DNA of 64,000 nt from Bacillales bacterium UBA4855 (GTDB lineage: Bacteria > Bacillota_I > Bacilli_A > RFN20 > CAG-826). The DNA lies in assembly GCA_002399785.1 (NCBI GenBank), contig DHEH01000010.1, positions 134,833 through 198,832 of the forward strand. The letters run 5' to 3'. The notes beneath the pieces were generated by a model. That model worked only from the letters and a program-made list of their open reading frames with translations, was not told the origin of the DNA and made no database searches. Numbering within the stretch: position 1 is the stretch's first letter; each line of letters starts with the position of its first letter. Of this stretch, positions 50,378 through 60,288 are shown piece after piece. Position numbers and translations under genes: made by a program.

Positions 50378-51022
50378 ATGGAAAATCAAGAATCTAAAAA
50401 AATTTGTCTTAAGCCCATAGCAATAACTATGGCAATTTTATTATTGTTTATTGGCGTTTATTATTTTTATAATGGTATTTCTGGATTAATGTCTTTAGAA
50501 AATATGACTGAACAAGCAGCGATTATTTTTGCAACTTTTCAAGGTATTATATTTCTTTTATCAAGTGCTGCTGTAATCACTTTTGGTATTCTAGCATTAA
50601 TTAATTTATCAAAAGGAAAATGTTCAGGAAAATTTCTAAGATTTGGATTGTTGGTTTTTCCTTCTACGGTATTACTCGTAGATTTCTTAATATTAATGTC
50701 AAATAATTTGACCACTGGCGCATCAATCGGTACGATAATTATTGCTGCTTTATGGTCTATTGCAATTATTGTTTTATTAATTTTAGCTTTTGTTAATCTC
50801 AATAATAATAAAAAATTATTTGATATTATTGCTTCAGGTCTTAATATTGCATATATTCTATATACAATTTTTGTTTTTTCTGGTTCATCGCTTAACGCCG
50901 TTAGTACAATAGTTATTTTTTCTTTATTAGCTTTTTCAATACTTTATTTAATAAAAACTTTACTAAACAAAAATCAATGTTGCTGTGAAAAATGTGAAAC
51001 TAAACAAGAAGAATCCAAATAA
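50378..51022 (+). CDS. multi-pass membrane protein
   Basis: About 6 hydrophobic helices; GAGG upstream of ATG 50378. Confidence 0.7.
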   Translation: MENQESKKICLKPIAITMAILLLFIGVYYFYNGISGLMSLENMTEQAAIIFATFQGIIFLLSSAAVITFGILALINLSKGKCSGKFLRFGLLVFPSTVLLVDFLILMSNNLTTGASIGTIIIAALWSIAIIVLLILAFVNLNNNKKLFDIIASGLNIAYILYTIFVFSGSSLNAVSTIVIFSLLAFSILYLIKTLLNKNQCCCEKCETKQEESK

Positions 51023-51040
51023 TAAAGTAAAACACAAATT

Positions 51041-51068
51041 AAAAACAACGCCGAAGCGTTGTTTTTTT
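51041..51068. terminator. bidirectional intrinsic terminator
   Basis: AAAAACAACGC-CGAA-GCGTTGTTTTT perfect hairpin. Confidence 0.85.
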
Positions 51069-51150
51069 ATCCAATATTCAAACAGATGAGATTTAGGAAG
51101 GTCTAGTAAGAGAGAAAGGAAAAAAATTGTTTTGAATATTAAATTATTGT

Positions 51151-52473
51151 TTATTGATTAATTGTTTTATTAAATTTTTTATAGGAGCTACTGATTTTAA
51201 TCTCAAATTTGTTAATTTTATCGCTTATTTCATTTATATATCTATTTTTAATAGTTTCTAAAACAGTTTGATTCTTAACACATATATCAGAAATACCCTT
51301 ATTATTAGTAATTAAGATTTCAATATTTTTATTTAGATTTTCCAATGGTTTATCTAAATAAGTAGTTTTAATGGACTCAAATTCATTTATCAAATCAGTT
51401 TGATTTTTAACATCGATTTCGTGTTCATTATAATCTAAAAGAGCTTTACTAAAACGAGTATGTAAATTAAACAACATAGTCATAAAAGTTATTAAATATT
51501 CTGGCCTAACAACGTACATATTTTCGTATTCGTTAACTTTATAAACAGGTAAATCGTTAACTTGTTTTGATTTTAAATTTGATACCAAAACTGAATATTG
51601 ACAATTCTTTAAGCGTCTATCTTTTTCAAGTTGTTTATAATATGTTTCGTTAGTTTGTTTATTCGTAGCATTTGGATCTTCGTCTTTCATATCCATCATT
51701 ACACTGGTTAATTCATTACTATTAGAATGATCACTTGAGGCATAAATCTTAAAAATGAAATCGCCTTTATTACCTTTTGCGTCACCTTCATCTTTAATAG
51801 CATCATTATCTTTTATCCATGTGCAATTTGGAAAACCACCAGTTTGAAGATAACTATTCACAGTATTGTTACACCAATTTTCAAGTCCTTCTCCAAGAGT
51901 TTTAACATTCAAAGATGATTTTTCAAATCTCATTTGATCAAATTTAGTTTGTAATTCTGACAATTTTTCTTTCAAAATGTCTATTTCTTTATTTTTTTCT
52001 TCGTAAATTTCTTGCTTTTTCTTCAAAACAATATTTTCTATATCTTTATCTTTTTCTGACATCAAATTAGATTTTTCATTCGTTAAGCGTGCTATTTCGG
52101 CTTCTTTTTTGTATTGAATGGTTTGTTGCTCTGATTTTAGAATAGAAATTTGATTTTCGTACGATTTAGACACCTTTTCAACTGCTAAATTTATATCTTT
52201 TTGACAAGTAGTTTTCAATGTATTTAATTCACTTTGAACCTTACTAACAGCAATATCTTTGTCAGACATTGAAATTTTATTTAAATATTCTTTTTGTTTT
52301 TCGAGTTCAACTTCTAATCTCTTTTTATAGGAATCATTAAGAGATTCGGTAATATAATTCAAATCAATATTATTCAACTTATCCAATTGAATAATTGATC
52401 CTTTCAAGCAATCTTCTTTAAGTTCTAATGTTTTTTCATCTTTTACTAATATTTTATCATTGATATTTGTCAT
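51151..52473 (-). CDS. DUF2130-like coiled-coil protein
   Basis: Long coiled coil, then K.LGE.LE.WC, KDND, KGDFIF, MK.E, K.C.Y.VLVS.L, MYVVRP. Confidence 0.75.
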   Translation of the reverse strand: MTNINDKILVKDEKTLELKEDCLKGSIIQLDKLNNIDLNYITESLNDSYKKRLEVELEKQKEYLNKISMSDKDIAVSKVQSELNTLKTTCQKDINLAVEKVSKSYENQISILKSEQQTIQYKKEAEIARLTNEKSNLMSEKDKDIENIVLKKKQEIYEEKNKEIDILKEKLSELQTKFDQMRFEKSSLNVKTLGEGLENWCNNTVNSYLQTGGFPNCTWIKDNDAIKDEGDAKGNKGDFIFKIYASSDHSNSNELTSVMMDMKDEDPNATNKQTNETYYKQLEKDRRLKNCQYSVLVSNLKSKQVNDLPVYKVNEYENMYVVRPEYLITFMTMLFNLHTRFSKALLDYNEHEIDVKNQTDLINEFESIKTTYLDKPLENLNKNIEILITNNKGISDICVKNQTVLETIKNRYINEISDKINKFEIKISSSYKKFNKTINQ

Positions 52474-52514
52474 ATTTTTTATTCTCCTTTTTTATTTTAT
52501 AACATCCAATCTTT

Positions 52515-52820
52515 TTATTCTTTAGCAATCTGAAATTGTTTTTTAAAGACAATTATTGTATTTTCGTAATCGATATGATGTTTTTTACAAAATCTATCAA
52601 AACCAAAATCATATATCGTAATATAATCTTTTAGATTAATTCGTTTAATATCTTCTATAAATTGTCTTTCAGGAGGCATTTGTCCTTTATCTAAAGCATC
52701 TAATACTTTTTTGTTATCGCCATTGAAAAAACAATAGAACCAAACAATAATTGGTTTCATAAATCTTTTAGATTTTAAAATCCAATATAGACTAATAAAA
52801 AAGTTTTTAATTTTGCTCAT
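52515..52820 (-). CDS. hypothetical protein resembling the N-terminal domain of Mollicute-type DprA
   Basis: GGAGG RBS; pattern IIVWF..F.GD..K...AL....YITIYD. Confidence 0.5.
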   Translation of the reverse strand: MSKIKNFFISLYWILKSKRFMKPIIVWFYCFFNGDNKKVLDALDKGQMPPERQFIEDIKRINLKDYITIYDFGFDRFCKKHHIDYENTIIVFKKQFQIAKE

Positions 52821-53065
52821 TTAAATTCCTCCTTTTGATAAATTTAATTATCAATTAACTTACAACCTTATTATATGACATTAATTTTTTATTATCAACT
52901 CTTTTGTTAATTTTGTTAACTTAATTGTTAATGTAAAAATTTTATACTTTTAGCATTGCATTTTAAATAAATATTATATTTATATTAAGAATTAAAAAGT
53001 TCTAAGTATATTTTTCCTCCTTATGATATATTAAATTAACGTTGAGAACATAGAGGAATAAAATT

Positions 53066-54490
53066 ATGAATTTTGACGTTGCAATTGTCGGTGCTGGTCC
53101 TAGCGGATACTTCTGCGCTTATGAGTTGATTCAAAAAAATCTAGATTTAAAGATTGTTTTAATTGATCGTGGGTTAGACATTACACGTAGAAAATGTCCT
53201 GTTATGATGCATAAATTATCTAAATGTCCTATTAATAATAGTGCAAATGTTAAAGAGTGTTTTCCAGCCTGCTCTATTACTAATGGTTTTGGAGGAGCTG
53301 GAGCATATAGTGATGGAAAATTTAACATCACGACCGAATTTGGTGGATGGCTTCAAGATTACATTGATGATGATAAATTATTAGATTTAATTAATTATGT
53401 CGATTCAATAAATCTTAAATATGGAGCGACGCCAGTCTTAACTGATCCAAATACTCCAGCTGTTAGAGAGATTGAACATCGCGCTATGTCTTTTGGTGTT
53501 AAATTATTAAGAAGTAAAATAAGACATTTAGGTACTGAAGAAAATTTAAAAATTCTTGAAAAAATATACAATTATTTAAAAACAAAAATAACGATGATTT
53601 TTGAAAAAGAAGTCACGGATATTATTGTTGATAACGATACAATAAAAGGAATCAAGATTAAAAACTCTGAGGATATCTTTGCTAAATATGTCATGCTAGG
53701 AGTTGGAAGAGAGGGTTCTAAATGGCTAGATAAAATATTTAGTTCACGCCATATCAAAATGACCCAAAATCAAGTTGATATCGGTGTTAGAGTTGAAACT
53801 AGTAATCTTGTAATGGAAGAAATAAATAAAACATTATATGAAGGAAAATTTTTGTATCGTACAAAATATGGGACTGTTGTTAGAACATTTTGCTCAAACC
53901 CTAGCGGCCACGTAGTTATGGAAAATTATGAAGGCGTTGTTAATGTTAACGGACATTCATATAATGACTCAAAATTAGGCAGCGAAAATACCAACTTTGC
54001 TTTACTTGTCTCACACCATTTTGAAGAACCATTTAATAAACCAAATGAATACGCTTTAAAAGTTTCTAGTTTAGCTAATCAATTAGCCTGTGGATCAGTT
54101 CTAGTTCAACGATTTGGAGACATTTTATTAGGAAGAAGAACGAATGCTAAACGTATTCAAGAAGGGTTTATAAAACCTACTTTAAAAGAAGCTGTTCCAG
54201 GAGATTTAAGTCTATGTTTACCTTATAACACTATGGCTTCAATCATTGAAATGATTAAAGTTTTAGATCATATTACTCCTGGCATTGCAACTGAACACAC
54301 TCTACTTTATGGAGTAGAGGCAAAATATTATTCAGCCCATCCAGATATCGAAAAAACTTTAGAACTTAAAGAAATTAAAAATCTTTTTGTTGGAGGCGAT
54401 GGGGCTGGCATAACACGTGGACTAGCGCAAGCTGGAGCATGTGGAGTTTATATTGCTAGAAATATTATTGATAAAATAGGAAATAAATAA
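53066..54490 (+). CDS. NAD(P)/FAD-dependent oxidoreductase
   Basis: VGAGPSG, GGAGAYSDGK, DIGVRVE, RTFCSNP, GDGAGITRGL. Confidence 0.9.
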   Translation: MNFDVAIVGAGPSGYFCAYELIQKNLDLKIVLIDRGLDITRRKCPVMMHKLSKCPINNSANVKECFPACSITNGFGGAGAYSDGKFNITTEFGGWLQDYIDDDKLLDLINYVDSINLKYGATPVLTDPNTPAVREIEHRAMSFGVKLLRSKIRHLGTEENLKILEKIYNYLKTKITMIFEKEVTDIIVDNDTIKGIKIKNSEDIFAKYVMLGVGREGSKWLDKIFSSRHIKMTQNQVDIGVRVETSNLVMEEINKTLYEGKFLYRTKYGTVVRTFCSNPSGHVVMENYEGVVNVNGHSYNDSKLGSENTNFALLVSHHFEEPFNKPNEYALKVSSLANQLACGSVLVQRFGDILLGRRTNAKRIQEGFIKPTLKEAVPGDLSLCLPYNTMASIIEMIKVLDHITPGIATEHTLLYGVEAKYYSAHPDIEKTLELKEIKNLFVGGDGAGITRGLAQAGACGVYIARNIIDKIGNK

Positions 54491-54508
54491 AAATAAGGGG
54501 GATTGGCT

Positions 54509-55786
54509 ATGGTTTTTGTAATTCAAGGCACTCAACGGGGAGACGAAGGTAAAGGTAAAATAACCGATTATATTGCTCAAAAAATGGATATTGTTTGTCG
54601 TTTTCAAGGTGGAAATAATGCCGGGCATTCAATAGTTGTTAATGGAAATAGATATGCTTTAAGTAGTTTGCCTAGCGGCATTATTTCCTCAAATATTACC
54701 AATATTATCGCTAATGGCTGCGTCGTAAATCCTGACGCTTTAATTAAAGAAATTAGCACTTTAAAAGAAAAAGGAATCAATAAATTTAATCTTTTAATTT
54801 CCAATAAAGCTCATATAATTATGCCATATCACATCGATTTAGATGGGGCATACGAAGTTTTACTAGGTAATGAATCAATTGGAACAACCAAAAAAGGGAT
54901 CGGACCTTGTTACATGGATAAAGCCAGTCGAATTGGGATTAGATTTTGTGATTTACTCGAACCAGAATATTTAAAAAAGAGGCTCACCACCGCTTTAATA
55001 ATTAAAAATAAAGAATTAGAAATGTGTAACAAACCTACTTATAAATTTGAAGATTTATATTCACATTTGTTAGAATTAGCAAAAATATTAAAACCTCATA
55101 TCGTTGATACTTCAATAGTTTTAAATGAAACGATTAATGATAAAAAACAAATACTTTTTGAAGGAGCTCAAGGAACAATGTTGTGTCTTGAAAACGGAAC
55201 TTATCCATTTGTCACTTCCTCTTCTCCAATCGCATCAAGCGTTCCTCTTAATGCTGGAATTTCTCCAAAAAATATTGATAAAGTCATCGGAATTGTAAAA
55301 GCTTATACCACTCGTGTTGGCGAGGGTCCTTTTGTCACTGAATTACATGATAAAGTCGCTGATAATATTAGAGAATTAGGACATGAATATGGTGTTGTTA
55401 CTCATAGACCACGTCGAGTTGGTTACCTTGATTTAGTCGTGGTAAAACAAGCATGTAGACTCGGTGGCATCGATTATTTAGCAATGATGTTAGTTGATGT
55501 TTTGACTGGCATTAAACCTTTAAAAATTTGTGTTTCCTATGAATTAGATGGGAAAATAATAGATTACGTTCCTTCAACAATTAGTGAGGTGACAAGATGC
55601 AAACCAATCTATAAAGATTTTTGTGGACGGGATGAGGATATTTCAAATATAAACAATTTTTATAATTTACCAAAAGAGTGTCAAAATTACTTAAATTTTA
55701 TTGAAGAATATTTAAAAACTCCAATTGCATTTGTTTCTGTTGGTCCTGAAAGAGAAAAAACCATTATTAAAAAGGATATATTTTAA
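54509..55786 (+). CDS. purA: adenylosuccinate synthetase
   Basis: Q[CGG]GDEGKG, GGNNAGH, IGTTKKGIGP, FEGAQG, YPFVTSS, TRVGEGPF. Confidence 0.98.
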   Translation: MVFVIQGTQRGDEGKGKITDYIAQKMDIVCRFQGGNNAGHSIVVNGNRYALSSLPSGIISSNITNIIANGCVVNPDALIKEISTLKEKGINKFNLLISNKAHIIMPYHIDLDGAYEVLLGNESIGTTKKGIGPCYMDKASRIGIRFCDLLEPEYLKKRLTTALIIKNKELEMCNKPTYKFEDLYSHLLELAKILKPHIVDTSIVLNETINDKKQILFEGAQGTMLCLENGTYPFVTSSSPIASSVPLNAGISPKNIDKVIGIVKAYTTRVGEGPFVTELHDKVADNIRELGHEYGVVTHRPRRVGYLDLVVVKQACRLGGIDYLAMMLVDVLTGIKPLKICVSYELDGKIIDYVPSTISEVTRCKPIYKDFCGRDEDISNINNFYNLPKECQNYLNFIEEYLKTPIAFVSVGPEREKTIIKKDIF

Positions 55787-55788
55787 TT

Positions 55789-57090
55789 ATGATTGAAAGA
55801 TATACTCCACCAAAAATGAAAAAAATTTTTTCTAACAATAATAAATTTTCGAAATATTTACTTGTCGAAAAAGAAGTTGCTCATTATTTATCGATTGAAG
55901 GAATAATTCCTCAAAGAGATTTTGAATTAATAAAAAATAATGCTAAATTCGATCTTAAAGGAATTGCTATAATTGAAAAAGAAACAAAGCATGATGTTAT
56001 TGCTTTTACTCGTAATGTATCTTCATATTTAGGTCCTGAAAAGAAACGGATTCATTATGGACTAACTTCGACCGACGTTGTTGATACAGCAATGGCTGTA
56101 ATTTATAAGGAAGCAAATAAAGAAATCTATAAAAATTTAAAATTACTTAAAATTGCAATCGCTAACAAAGCTAAAGAATATAAACTTACACCTTGTATCG
56201 GAAGAACTCATGGAATTCATGCTGATATTACCTCTTTCGGTTTAAAGTGGTTGCTTTATTTTGATGAATTAACTAGAGATGAAAGACGTTTTTTGGAATC
56301 AAGCAATGATTTAGAAACAGGAAAAATATCCGGAGCAGTCGGAACTTTTGCTTATTTACCTCCAGAATGTCAAGATTTTGTATGTAAACAACTAAAAATT
56401 AATTCTAGTAAAATATCTACTCAAGTTTTACAACGTGATCGTCACGCTTATTACATGAGCACTATTACTTTAATTGGTTCATTACTTGAAAAAATTGCGA
56501 CCGAAATTAGAAATCTTCAAAGAACTGAAATTCATGAAGTTGAAGAATATTTTAGTAAAAATCAAAAAGGGAGCAGCGCTATGCCTCACAAACATAACCC
56601 TGTCGGTTCTGAAAACATATGTGGATGCGCACGTTTATTAAGAGGTTATATGCTCTCAATTTATGAAGATATCCCTTTATATCATGAACGTGATATTTCG
56701 CATTCATCAGTTGAAAGAGTTGCCTTAGTTGATGCAATGACTCTTATCGATTATATGATTATAAGAATGACAAACATAATAAATACCTTGAATATTTATC
56801 CTGAAAGAATGAAAGAAAACATTGCTTTAACACATAATGTAATTTATTCACAAAGAATCATGACCACTTTGATTAATAAGGGGTTGTCTCGCGAAAACGC
56901 CTACGACTTAATACAACCTCTAGCCATAAAAGCTTATGAAGAAAACCTTAACTTCTTCGACTTACTTAAAGAAAATGAAAATATTACCAAATACATTTCT
57001 TGTACAGAAATTGATAATTATTTAGATTCAACATTTGCTACTCTTGATATCGAAAAAATTTACTCAAGAATTAATTTAGAAGAAAAATAA
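55789..57090 (+). CDS. purB: adenylosuccinate lyase
   Basis: HDVIAF, HYGLTS, GRTHG, GSSAMPHKHNP, HERDISHS. Confidence 0.98.
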   Translation: MIERYTPPKMKKIFSNNNKFSKYLLVEKEVAHYLSIEGIIPQRDFELIKNNAKFDLKGIAIIEKETKHDVIAFTRNVSSYLGPEKKRIHYGLTSTDVVDTAMAVIYKEANKEIYKNLKLLKIAIANKAKEYKLTPCIGRTHGIHADITSFGLKWLLYFDELTRDERRFLESSNDLETGKISGAVGTFAYLPPECQDFVCKQLKINSSKISTQVLQRDRHAYYMSTITLIGSLLEKIATEIRNLQRTEIHEVEEYFSKNQKGSSAMPHKHNPVGSENICGCARLLRGYMLSIYEDIPLYHERDISHSSVERVALVDAMTLIDYMIIRMTNIINTLNIYPERMKENIALTHNVIYSQRIMTTLINKGLSRENAYDLIQPLAIKAYEENLNFFDLLKENENITKYISCTEIDNYLDSTFATLDIEKIYSRINLEEK

Positions 57091-57112
57091 TGGGGATTTG
57101 CAGGGGATATTA

Positions 57113-57140
57113 AAAAGTTGTGCTTTTTAGCACAACTTTT
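57113..57140. terminator. bidirectional terminator after purB
   Basis: AAAAGTTGTGC...GCACAACTTTT hairpin. Confidence 0.8.
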
Positions 57141-57151
57141 ATTTTGTGAAT

Positions 57152-57697
57152 TTATTTATGTTCTCTTTGAATCCAAACACTTAATATCTTCTCAGCTTTT
57201 GCTAATATTTCAATTGCATCGTCGAGCTTATCATTCTCTACCATTACTTTTGCATCTTCAAGAATTTCTTGATAATCATACATGTCATCAGCTAATTCTC
57301 TATATTTTCTTCTATTTTTATTTTTATCATCTTTTTCAATTAATTGTTGAAGTTTATTTTCTTCTTTAAGCAACTTTTGATAATCTGCGTTAAAAGTTGT
57401 GCAATACAAATAAATATTTTCTTCTTTTGATAATCTTGGATAATCATTCATATCTTTATCGCGAGAAAAATGAAGAATAAAATTATCAACTTCGCATGGT
57501 TCAAAAAAATTATTAGTAACACTATTTAATTCGTCAATATCTTGATGATTAGTATTAATTAATTTAAAAGAAGGAGTTTTATAGATATCTTTCTTTTCAA
57601 ATTTCCAGCCAAATTTCTTATTCAAAGCGATGCATTCATCTTCTTTTGTTGTCTTTTCTTCTTTGAGTTCAATTTCTTTATATTCTAAGTTAGCCAT
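57152..57697 (-). CDS. hypothetical protein
   Basis: GGAGG RBS; 181-aa charged ORF with no recognisable motif. Confidence 0.65.
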   Translation of the reverse strand: MANLEYKEIELKEEKTTKEDECIALNKKFGWKFEKKDIYKTPSFKLINTNHQDIDELNSVTNNFFEPCEVDNFILHFSRDKDMNDYPRLSKEENIYLYCTTFNADYQKLLKEENKLQQLIEKDDKNKNRRKYRELADDMYDYQEILEDAKVMVENDKLDDAIEILAKAEKILSVWIQREHK

Positions 57698-57849
57698 ATT
57701 AAAACCTCCTACGTTTTTATTATAGATTTTATATTAAATATTTTAAAGTGTTATTCAAATAATTCTGCCTAAAAACAGGAAACACATTAATTAAAAAAAA
57801 TTAACACAAAAATTAAAAAAATCTTAAATTTATTCGATGAAAACATTCT

Positions 57850-59164
57850 TTATGAATTTTGAGACAAAATATTTCCGATTGCTGTTGCTTCTACTGGTCC
57901 GCAAATGACTTGTTTGTTACATACTTCTTCATTAAGTTTATTTAATAACTTGTTTTGACATCCTCCACCAAAAATTATTATTTTTTTATAAACTTTTTTA
58001 TTAATCGATTCGATATCAATACATGCATTTTTATAAGCTAAAGCCAAAGAGTTGTAGATGCAAAAAAATAATTCATTTAAATCTTTAGGAGGGGTTATTT
58101 TTTTATCAAAGAAATACTTTTTGATTTCTTCTTCCATGTTCAAAGGAGATAAAAAACGATCATCAGTTGCATCGAATGTTTCCTTGTAATTCGCACCTTT
58201 AGAAGCCATTTCCACAATTTCTGTGATAGCAAATGGTTTATTTTGGACCCTATTTGTTTCACTTATCAACCACATACCCATAATATTCTTCAAAAATCTT
58301 ACTTCTCTTGGATTATTGATTTCATTAGTAAAACCGGAACAATAAGCATCCTTAGTTATAATATTATCTTTATTTAAAACTCCAATTAATGACCATGTAC
58401 CACTCGATATATAGATTTCGTCATCTCTGCAAGACGCTCCACAAACAGCACTACCTGTATCATGTTCTAAACTTAAAACTACTTTTGAGTCAAATTTTAA
58501 AATTTTTCTTATTGATTTTTTGAAGTTTCCTATGTAAGAACCGGATTGCATCAAAGGAGCGAATTTATTTTTATCTAAGTGCAACAATTCCAAAATATCA
58601 TCATTAAATTCTAGGTGGTTGTTATCCAATAAACCAGAAGTACTCGCGATACTTAATTCATTAGATTTAATACCTGTCAACCAAAATATTAAATAAGATG
58701 GTAAAAACATGATGCAATCGAGATTAGAAAACCTATCATTTAAACAGTCATCATATAATTGAAAAACGGTATTAAATGCATGGGGTTGAATACCAGTTAA
58801 TTTATAGAGTTTATAATCCGAAATCAATTCATTCAGTTTTTCTTTCGCTTTTATTGTTCTTTCGTCTCTATAAGAATAAACATCACCTAAACGACGATTA
58901 TTCTTATCTAATAAGACATAATCTACTCCGAATGTATCAATGCCAATCGAAGTAGGTATTTTTTCCTATCTTTTTACATTCTAAAAGACCATTAGTAATT
59001 TCTTTTTTTAGTTTATTTATATCCCAAACAAGATGTTTTCCTTTTTCGAGAACGCCGTTTTTGAATCGATATATAACTTCAGTTATTAATACGTTATTTT
59101 CGTAATGTCCCAAAACATGACGTCCACTACTAGCCCCTATATCTATTGCAAGAAAATATTCCAT
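57850..59164 (-). pseudogene. rhaB: rhamnulokinase, frameshifted
   Basis: LAIDIGASSGR N-terminus; +1 frameshift in the A6 run at 58959-58964 before SIGIDTFGVDY; ISSGTWSL, NIMGMW, GPVEATAIGN. Confidence 0.88.
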
Positions 59165-59978
59165 TTAATCGATATATCCTTTTTTTGGTGTTATATTAAA
59201 TAAATTTGCAGTAATCATTAAATCATGATTTGTAATTGTGTTAATTTCCTTTAATCCAGCATATTTTAAGTATACTTCCGCTGCCTTTTCAACAGTTTCA
59301 ATTAATCCAAAGGCTTCATCTATTGTTTCTCCGGCACCATAGATTCCATGAAGTGACCAAACCACCAAACGACACTCTTTCATTTTATCAGCTGTTGCTT
59401 TTTTCAATATCATATGTGCCACATAACATCCAAGGCAAAATTCCAATTCCATCAGGGAAAACAACAACACATTCAGTCATCACTCTCCATAAATCAACTG
59501 TAAAAGATTTATCGTTCAACTCATGAATATGAGTCATTGCCAACAAATTTGTTGGATGGCAATGCATAATTAATCTATTGTTTGGGTTAACTTTTAATCT
59601 AGCAATATGACACATCAAATGAGCATAAGTTTCGCTAGTAGATCTTCCACCATCACTAAATCCCCAAATAATTTGTGCATTAAGTCCATTTTCTGAAACT
59701 CTTACGATTCCAAGAGTCTTATCAGGTTCATCAATAGCATTTCTAAAATATTTACCTGTTCCAGTCATTAAAAAATATCTTCCTGCCAATTCTTTAGCAT
59801 CAAAATTTATTGGATATTCTCTAATAACATGATTAATATCTAAATACTCTCTTAGTTCATTTTCATCAAGAAGGTAAGAAACATTTCCGCCATTTCTTTC
59901 ATCCCATCCCATCTTATACATACGATCTAAAATCTTTACAACATCTCTAACAACTTTATAAGTCAATATATCCTTCAT
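59165..59978 (-). pseudogene. rhaD: rhamnulose-1-phosphate aldolase, frameshifted
   Basis: GWDERNGGN, TGTGKYF, HCHPT, PWMLCGT; +1 frameshift in the A6 run at 59399-59404; continues as W..HG, ETVEKAA. Confidence 0.9.
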
Positions 59979-59988
59979 AAAAAATCTC

Positions 59989-60285
59989 CTAACGCTTCAT
60001 TTGAACATTTTTCTCATATTCATCGAGTTCTTCAGCAATGTTTAATCCGCTTTTAATATTCTTTTTTTCCAATAAATAATTCCAAACATCATTAAATGGA
60101 AGATTATTTTTTTCTTCGTTAACAAATAACCTTAAAGATTTATTTCCTTCTAATTCAGCTTTATTTAATAAATCAGTTGGATCAAGCAAAGAAAACAAAC
60201 CAATAAACCAATCACCACGATACATAAGTTTTGATTTTAGTGCCATCGATAAATATCTACTATAAATTTTAATATATCTTTTCAT
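59989..60285 (-). pseudogene. chimeric remnant: ABC-2 permease N-terminus fused to L-rhamnose isomerase C-terminus
   Basis: MKRYIKIY...MYRGDWFIG (permease) joined to LLDPT..L...E..G....RL...EE...LP...VW...YEK (RhaA tail). Confidence 0.75.
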
Positions 60286-60288
60286 AGA

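Noticed and set aside
52821-53065. Purine riboswitch or operator upstream of the oxidoreductase-purA-purB operon; TTGTTAA repeats near 52902-52935
   Set aside because: No purine-aptamer core motif is visible, and the repeats are low-complexity AT sequence.
55415-55417. Possible CGA reassignment alongside CGG
   Set aside because: CGA occupies a conserved Arg in the PurA RxRRxG motif.
485-57369. Many short antisense ORFs in the track (e.g. 485-757, 17736-18182, 35863-36267, 57118-57369)
   Set aside because: They are shadows of well-supported genes on the opposite strand, with no RBS or recognisable motif.
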